Positions 49,891-57,715 of a stretch of DNA of 57,715 nucleotides are shown piece after piece. Position 1 is the stretch's first letter. Every line of letters begins with the position of its first letter. Source of the stretch: Chromera velia (Eukaryota); assembly GCA_018398765.1 (NCBI GenBank), contig JAHBMJ010000074.1:1-57715 (forward strand), written 5' to 3'. The notes below the pieces were generated by a model. It saw only the letters and a list, made by a program, of their open reading frames with translations, searched no databases and was not told the origin of the DNA. The position numbers and the translations under genes were made by a program.

Positions 49891-51563
49891 AAATCAACAC
49901 CGATCGATAGCAGAAGAGAGGGAAGGAGGGGAGAACGAACGAAGACAGAAAGAGAAGGACGGAAGAAACGCAGATAGATAGAAAGAGAAAGACTGGCAAA
50001 CAAAAGAAAGGAAAAAGAAAAGGACAGCAAGGCAGACAGACAGACCGGACGTGCAACCGAGGGAGGTCCAAATGCGAAGGGGCGACCGGCAGAGGACCCG
50101 AGGCCCGTAGGAGGATAGGGGAGAACAGAGCCGAAGGGTCCCATTACGTCCAGCTTCCTTTCGGTAGCACTTCTGCAGGCAGGAAGGCAGGTATTGGGGG
50201 TCATGGAAAACGTGTGTGTCCACTTTCACCCGATCATTCTTGATTCGTTTTACTTCTGCATGCTAAAGTGTCTCTCTCATGCAGGTAAAGTGCTTTTCTT
50301 TTGTTGATCTATCGGCAAGAAAGAAACCTTTCGAAGGAGACGGGCAAGCGATTTTCTGCTTCATCAGAAACCAAAGAGAAAAAAATCATTCATTGTTAGT
50401 TGGTTCCCTCCCTCTCTTTCCATCCCCTCGTCCCTCCCCCTCTTTTTTCGTTCGATCGATCGAGCACGAGAACGAGGAAAGAGAACGAGGGCGCAAGGAC
50501 TCCCGGGGAGAATAGAAAGACTACATGATCCGTGGTTGCAGTGGCGGGGGCTGAGGAGGAAAGAAAGCACGCACGACATCTTAAGAATAGGTCGACGTGA
50601 CAAACGGGGGAAACACGGAAAGGCAATGGATGAGAAAGAGAGAGACGACAGCCACATGGAGCCAGCGCGTAGACAGACAGACAGACAGACAGACAGACGG
50701 AAACACAGGAGGAGGCTGACTGTCTGTTCACTTCTCGGCTTTCACTCATTCACACCAGTCAGCTAGAGAAACAGAAACAGCCGCACAGGAAAAGAAAGAA
50801 TGACGAACTGACAGGCCGCTAGAATAAGGCGGATGAATACTCATGCAACACGGAAACCCAAGATGACAAAGACAGCATTGAAATACACTTTCAGGGGCCC
50901 AAAACAAAACATTTATTCCTTCCTTCGGTCTCTGTTGAATTCAGATTACACTGATCGACTCACTTGTGAAGCATTTGCATGAGTGACAGATCTTTTCCCG
51001 TTTGCCTTGCCTCTTGCAGTCGTTCCCTCTCTTCAGAATCAATTTCCCCGACCCCCACACTATTCCGTCCCACCAGCTTGCTGCCCTCTCCCTCTCTCTC
51101 TGTTGGAACAGGGCCCTCCCCCCCGGAGGATGCCCCCAGCTGCTGCCCGGCACCCAAGCCCTCCCCAGAAGACCCCTCAAGCACACCTATGCTTTCATCC
51201 CCTCCCTCGAGCCCCCCAGGCACAGATACCGCAGCGAATGTGTTCCGTTTCTTCGCCACCGTTCCCTGAGGGGAAGGACTCGGGGGCATGCCGGCGGAGC
51301 CCTTCGACACAGGCGGGGCCCTTTCTCTCTTCAGGTCCCGCAGAGCCTCACGAAGAATCAAAACCGGCACAGAGCTCGCACCGCCGTCTGAACAACAGAA
51401 GGAAACAGAAGGAAGTGATGCATTAATGATGCAGGCTTCCTTACGACATTTACACTCACTCATTCGTGGCAAGGTGGAGAGACGGGGAAGGAAAAGCGGG
51501 GGAGATCGACGGGTTCAAATGCAAACGACGACAAAACACATCATACTCACGACGCACGCACAC

Positions 51564-51617
<54 letters not shown>

Positions 51618-51727
51618 GGAGAGAAACTGACATATCACTTTGTCGACATCCTTCATAGGAAGACTCAAGTCGCCCATATCTTCCTCGAGCCTGCATGAGA
51701 GCGCACACATTCACAAACAAACGCACG

Positions 51728-51769
<42 letters not shown>

Positions 51770-54558
51770 TCTATATATAGAGAGAGAGAGATACAGATAC
51801 ACACAAACATGCGTCCACCTCTTTGTGGATGCATGCATGTTCACAAAAGCTTTCGACACAAGAAAGACATCGACGGACCAAATCCTCGGCCACCAATGCA
51901 ACCACACACTTCGCGCAGCACGGGCCTTCTCATTAATTAGTTCCTGTGCAGGGAGGGAGCACCACCCGTCCGACTCATTGATCGACCGACCGACTGACCG
52001 ACCTTTCTTCGTCGTTGACTTCTCGCTCCATCTCTTCAATCTCCTGCTCTGCCGTCCATCTCCTCCAGGTCTCCCGCTCTGTCTCCAGCTTTTCTCTCTC
52101 TCTCTTCTTGCTGCCGTTTTTGCGGTCGGATGAGTGGAAAGAATTTTGGAGGGAGGAGCAGGGGGCTGTCACTCTGGAGTTGTTGTTCAAATGAGAATCT
52201 AAAAAGACGGGTGCTGAAGAAGAAGAAGAAGAAGGCAGGAGCGTCCCTGTCCCAATTGCCCCAACCACAAAACAAGAATTCGCGGCAGCACTTCTACTGC
52301 TGCTGTCTTCGATTCCCCCCGACTCTCTTTTTCTTTTTACTCCTCTGCTGTCACTGATATCCTCATCTGTGACGACAGACTCTCTGCCGGCTTCCACCTG
52401 CCCCCCTTGTCGCTTCACTCTGTCCCTTCGGCCTTCCCGCCTCTCCAACTGGTGTGTCTTTGTCTTTGCGCATGGCCAAGATGCACCTGGTGAAAGTGAA
52501 ACCAGTGCGTCGAGAATGGGTCGAAGAGACCGGAGGAACATCCTCTGGGTGATGGCAGAAACATCCAATGCTCCCCCATGCACAACATCCGAGACTCTCT
52601 GTTGCTGCTGCGGCTGCAAAACCCTTGTGTCCGCTCCATCCTTCAACAATGTGATTCGGGCTCCATGGGCCTTCGCAATGTCCCCCCCTTCTCCACCCCC
52701 CCCTGTGGCTCTCAGGCACACACCCATGTAGAATCTCTTCACTGCGACAGCGTGAACAGCAGCAAGTGCCGCTTTCCTCGTCGTCTCCGCCTCAGTCTCG
52801 ACAAACCCCAACCCCCCAAATTGATACCCCAGCAAACCGCTCCCCGCTAAAACCGCACTGCTGCTGTAACTTCCTAGAGCCTCCTCTCGAGGTTGCGGTG
52901 TTGGCATCGGCCCCCGGTCCAGCACCTCAGCAGCGACGGGGGCACTGCTGGAGGGCTGCTGCTGGTCGGGGTTGTGCATGGGTGAGCGCACTGGGGGGGC
53001 GGGTAGAATGTCACAGGGGAAGAGGGGTTCTAGCTCGGCCTCCTCGTCGTCCATCTCCCCTAAGGGGGGCGGGGGGGGATCGGGAGGATGAGGGAAAGGG
53101 CGCCCTCCCGGGGGGGAAGCCGTCTGGGCTATGTGGTCGTTTGCTTGAGCTCTCCCTAGTGCTGCCGTGTTTTGGTGGGGGGGGGGGAAACTAGAGGGGG
53201 CAGATGGGGCAGCCTCCAGGCCAAGTTGATGAGCCTGAAGGGGGACCATCGACGAAGAAGAAGCAGCAGCAGCAGAAAAGGAATTGTCAATCGGCATTCC
53301 TGATGGTTGAGGCACAACCCCTCTTGCGCAGCTGCCGTTTTTCCTCCTCTGCGTCAACTCTTTCAAGTTCTTCATAAGCATCTGCCTCCTCGAGTGTCTG
53401 CACAGACGCAAAGATACTGACGCCTTCCACCTTCGCTCCTCAGCCACATCTGTGGACATCCACAGTGCCTCTTGTACCATCACATCGTGCCGAGAGAGCG
53501 CAGGGTAAGCTGAGGGCTCAACATGAACATTTTTCAATTCCGCGTTGGCATTAGCGATAGCGAAAGGAGTCGCTGGGTCGGCGTAATTGGGTATCTGCTG
53601 CTGCTGCTGGAACTGCTGGTGGGACGATGAGGCCAGAGAAGCGGAACCTCCAGAACTTCCCCGGGGGGCAATCGAATGAGGGGGATGAGAATATCCCCCG
53701 GGGCCCCCCTCGCTCTGCTCTAGAGGAACTCCCACAGTCAGACTCGGACGGCCGTGAAGGGCCCCGCTCGGCTGAACTGAGTGATGACCTCCTGCTGCTG
53801 CTGTGCCAATACCCCCCCCCGCTCCGTGCGAGTGCCCCCCATGGAGGTTCCCCACATGGACATTGGCTGTGCCCCCATGCCCATGCCCCCCATGCGAATT
53901 TGTGCTTCCCCCATGGACGGGGCGGGAGACAACCATTCCTCCTCCTCCGCCTCCCGCACCCCCGTGTCCTCCGTGTGCGGGTTGTTGTCCGTGACCCCCC
54001 TGTCCCTGTAGGTGCATGGGGGGGGCACTTGGATGATGATGCTGCATCATGGGGCCTGCCTGATAAGAAGAACCTGTGTGTGGTTGTTGCGACGGCGCGT
54101 GTGTGTAGTTGTTGGATGAGGATGCAGCTGGGGGGATGGCGGAAGTCGGAGGAGGGAGATGCGGATTGCGGTGGGCGCTGTCTTGCAGGGATGAGGCACC
54201 TGTGTGTGTGTGCTGTCCCCCGTGAGGCTGGGTCTGCACCGGCCCCATCCGGGAACTCCCTCCAGCACCGACACCTGCCCGGCTCCTTCCGCCCCCTGAG
54301 GAATGATTCGCCGCATTTGCCCCCCCTGCTTGTGCAGTCTGGTAGCCGGGATGGCCCCCACCGAAGCCTGCAGGCACATGCGGCCGGCAGGAATAAAGGA
54401 ACAATAAAAAAGAGAACAAGACAAATGCAGGTAAGTTGGGAGGGAGGGAGGGAGCAAGGCAGAAAGAAGGGAGATGCAGAAGAGAGGGATCGATGGAGAG
54501 GAGAGAGAGCTCGTGCTGGTCCTGCGAACTTCTTTTTATCTTCACAGTCGCTTCCGCA

Positions 54559-54596
<38 letters not shown>

Positions 54597-54959
54597 CAAT
54601 CAATCAAACAACACATAGACAGACAACCTGCAGATCCGTACAAGCAGACAGAACCCGACACATAATCAAGCGAGACTACCGACATCAAAAACTACAAGCA
54701 CAGAATTGACTGATACCAAACCAGGCATATTCACTCACTTTCCCCCCCGCGACCCTCACTCGCTCACTCACGCTCACACACACACTCACACGCATACTCG
54801 CATTCAAACAGACTCACACAGTCTCACACGCACTCACACATCTCACATACTCTTACACACTCACTCTCTGTCTCTCTCTCTCTCTCTCACACACATACCT
54901 CCGGCTGTCTGCCTTCCGCTGCCCCTTCCCCTACCGGCCCCCTGTCCGGTATGGTCCAT
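33093..54959 (-). CDS. Very large (about 4,060 aa), low-complexity HSA-domain protein, EAF1/Vid21-like chromatin scaffold, 20 exons
   Basis: Exons 54959-54899, 54367-52003, 51690-51632, 51387-50964, 50172-50046, 49513-49291, 48605-48479, 48202-48076, 47512-47156, 46279-46183, 45537-42497, 41968-41912, 41657-41208, 40779-40114, 39251-38918, 38315-37996, 37570-37451, 37411-37252, 36694-33850 and 33318-33093 all join in frame with GT-AG ends (12186 nt). The HSA-like motif RHDVMVQEALWMSTDVAEERRWKASVSLRL lies at about 53400-53492. No SNF2 ATPase motifs were seen. Confidence 0.75.
39195..39385 (-). mobile_element. 67-bp insert flanked by a 62-bp direct repeat spanning a splice acceptor; shares its terminal sequence with the 11264 insert
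   Basis: 39195-39256 and 39324-39385 are 60/62 identical. The insert carries ATGCATTTACTTTCATACAGAAT (reverse complement of 39301-39323), 22/23 identical to 11264-11286, and ends in ATTCTGTATGCA (reverse complement of 39253-39264). Confidence 0.6.
46826..46942. repeat. Dispersed intronic repeat of about 110 bp (other copies at 5561-5671, 49753-49860, and inverted partial at 9283-9314)
   Basis: The copies share the core GACTGTATGTTTCTTCTTCTCCCTCCTTTTCTTCATGAACACAA.AGACAAA. The two long copies extend to ACAAAGACAAAAGA.C.TCAC...TGGGCAGGGG. Confidence 0.75.
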
Positions 54960-54965
54960 CTATTT

Positions 54966-54998
<33 letters not shown>

Positions 54999-56557
54999 CG
55001 GCCTCTAGCTTCGTATAGGCAGTCAGAGAGAGCCAGAGACGGAGATCGAAGTTCCAACGAGGGACCAGAGTCCTCCCTCAAATCCTTTGTATGCCCTAGC
55101 TCTTGTGGCAGCAACAGAATTCCAGTCTCAGACCACTTCAGGGCCCACGATACGACGCGATAAGCGTGGAGACGTCAGAAAAGATTTCCCCCGGAACCTG
55201 CAAAAAGCCCGTCAGCGGCACGTGCAAACACGCATATACCAATGAGCTACAGGATGCCTTGAGAGGAGGGGAAGAGCGAATACCCCGTCACAAACAATGC
55301 TCACACCTCCTAAACCGTCTCCAAAGCCATGCACAGGAAGAACAAAGTGGACGACCAGAGACCTGAGGGAGGCAGGGATTGTCACGGCAGGGAGCCTCAA
55401 GAACGCGGGTAGACATGAAAGGGGGGACAGAGGGAGGGAATGCCAGGACTGCATAGAAGCAGCAGAAGGGCAGTCAGAAAACGAAAGAGGATCAAAGAAG
55501 TTACTTTCCCCCCCTGCCGTAAGTCTCCGTGCCGGATCCCGGTACGGTATGGACCTTTCTCGGGGGCGTTGAGGACGATCCAACGCAAATAGTGTGATTG
55601 ATATCAAAATGTGCAAGCGTAACAAGATGAGGAAATAGAAACAGTACAAGATGCGCACACTTTGAGAGAACATGGAAACCAACCTGAAACAGAGACGGCA
55701 GCAGATCGGTGACAATGCAAAACAGTGCCCCCCTTCGTCGAAATGCTGGCACGACAATGACCCCTTCTGTCAAAAGGCCGAACAGTTGTTTGACACTGAA
55801 ACGATTTGACGCGCCATTTATGAAAGCAAACCGCCAAAGAGGAATGGAGACGGGTTTGAGACGGGGAATGAAGATTTGAACCCCCCAATTTGCGCGCAAA
55901 AAATTCTGCTTCACAGCAGTGCCTGCGCACAGGGGAAGCCCATATCAGTAGCAGTAGACGCGAAATCCTTATCAGCAACACATGCACACCAAGGCTGCAG
56001 TATAACACACTTGTGTTCAAGGCTAGCTCCTGAAAATTGATCAGAACCGATCGAAACGAGGTCACCAATTAAGGTGCATGACCCCGGAAAGCGTAGCGGG
56101 GGGTATACTTCTATTATACTTAATGCAGCAAGCCTTTTTTTCTTAGCCACACGCGCGTGCACGCGTTTTTTACTCGGTTAGAATTTCTTTGGCAATGCGA
56201 GAAGACAGAAGAGGGATGGGTAAAAGCACAAGCAAATAAATCGGAAAAGTTTGGGGAACTGAGTTTAAAGAAAGAGTTTTGATGGGGTGTTTAAAGCAGG
56301 AGTTCTTTGAAGGGATGGAAGACGTGCGGGATGCACCTTTGCACAATTAAAGTCTTTCTGATTAAAAGGGTAGCCTTTTTTCAATGAAAGAACTGAAGTG
56401 TTTCAAAGGTGCTGCCTTACATCCCCTCTGTCTCTTTTCTCTCTCTTTTGATTGTCCAACCTGTTGTGAAGCCGCGATTGATCAGCAGTATCAGGGTGAT
56501 CGAAGTCATACCTATTTTTGTCGCTGGTAGTTGTAGGACGGAATAAATTGATAAACT

Positions 56558-56673
56558 AGGTTAGATCCGCCTCTCATATATGGGGATGCGGCATACATAA
56601 AAAAACCTTCAATCAAGGTTAGATCCGCCTCTCATATATGGGGATACGGCATGCATGAAAAAACCCTTAATCA
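56558..56673. repeat. 58-bp direct tandem duplication, intergenic
   Basis: AGGTTAGATCCGCCTCTCATATATGGGGAT.CGGCAT.CAT.AAAAAACC.T.AATCA occurs at 56558 and 56616. Confidence 0.9.
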
Positions 56674-57715
56674 TCGTTTTTTACTTGAATCTTAGAATAG
56701 GGGGGTCAGTACAGAAGGCCCTTAGAACCAAAAAAAGAACCATGCTGTTTAAACCTGCTTAGGGCACCTGGGGCCACCCTAGGTGGTTTTGCCTAAGTTT
56801 ATATAGAGCTGCCTCGGGCTTCATTATTGAGAGTTGCCTGGGGCGAAGGTTGGTGCCAAAGGCACCGATCTTGTCATCACGAACCACGGTGCACGTGCCC
56901 GACCAGGTTCGCACGAGGGACGTACCGACGCGACCTCACGATCTATACGTGCATGCCGCGCATCAAAGGTCCGACCGGGTCATACAGACCGGCAGCAAGT
57001 AAGTAAGAGACCACTACGCGACCCATTTGAAATAGCTATGTGGGGGTTGCTGATGTGGAAGACTGTGGTGATGCATACGCCCCTTCTTGACAACTCTGTT
57101 GAGCTCTTGCATTGGGTTGCAGAGATGTCCAGAAGGGGGGGGCTGACGGACTGGCTCCGGTACTTCCCAACCACCCTGCTTATAGCGTAACATATGCAGC
57201 GATTTGCACACGTGTGGAATCCCTCCTCTATCGATCTCATGACGGTGGGCGAGCGAGCCAAGACAAATCTATCCCGAACGGTTTCCAACAGTAAAACGGT
57301 CTCCAAAACAACCATACCTCTCAAGCTTTTTTAGGTAGTAAACAATATTTAAAAGCTTAAAACAAAGAGTTTTAAGCGATCAAACAGTACGATTTCCTGT
57401 TTTTAAATTAATTGGGTTTAGTGAGAGAAAAAAATATATTCTATTTGACCGCGCGGCGTGCATGTTTCGTGCGTCAACGCACGCGCCTGTCATGCATGCA
57501 ATTAAGGCGGCGGCGGGGAGCACCGGAATTAAGGCGGCTTTGCTGAGGAGCTGGGGTTGCTTTCACCATTCTTCCGGTGAGTCTGCAGTTCCGTGAGTCT
57601 ATGTGAAAACGGGACTAGACCGACTCCAACACTAATTCCGACTCCAAAATTTTTTTTAATATACAAACAGTTTAAACTAGTTTAAACATATTCAAAATCG
57701 TTTAAGTGTATCTTT

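Noticed and set aside
50248..50289. Short hairpin TTTACTTCTGCATG...CATGCAGGTAAA resembling the insert motif
   Set aside because: The similarity is only partial and there is no flanking direct repeat, so it is not counted as a copy.
55212..57324. Short ORFs upstream of the EAF1-like gene
   Set aside because: No recognisable domain or consistent splice chain. They are probably 5' UTR, intergenic DNA or an unidentifiable relic.

Overview
This is eukaryotic nuclear DNA with many introns full of microsatellites. Its style resembles a chromerid alveolate such as Chromera, which is an inference and not a database result. Most of the supplied ORFs are repeat artefacts. All gene models below were spliced by hand from GT-AG boundaries. 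In order, the window holds: (1) the 3' end of a hypothetical gene (+), preceded by an intronic 60-bp minisatellite; (2) a degenerate tRNA-like sequence; (3) mitochondrial ribosomal protein L49/Img2 (-); (4) a divergently transcribed 18-exon gene (+) encoding a signal-peptide protein with a degenerate PIP-kinase fold, one intron of which holds an antisense exon chain and a 92-bp hairpin array; (5) an AT-rich decayed block with a hAT-type MITE, an ankyrin pseudogene, a second MITE candidate and an Mpv17/PMP22 pseudogene; (6) an intronless P-loop gluconokinase-like gene with an acylation motif (-); (7) a 20-exon, ~4,060-aa HSA-domain (EAF1-like) gene (-). The most striking unexplained signal is a set of duplications of 'splice acceptor + exon start'. 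In three unrelated loci the upstream copy runs straight into the same 16-mer, CATGCNTTTACTTTCA, always in the transcript-sense orientation. This suggests an undescribed small insertion element or repair process that rebuilds 3' splice sites.
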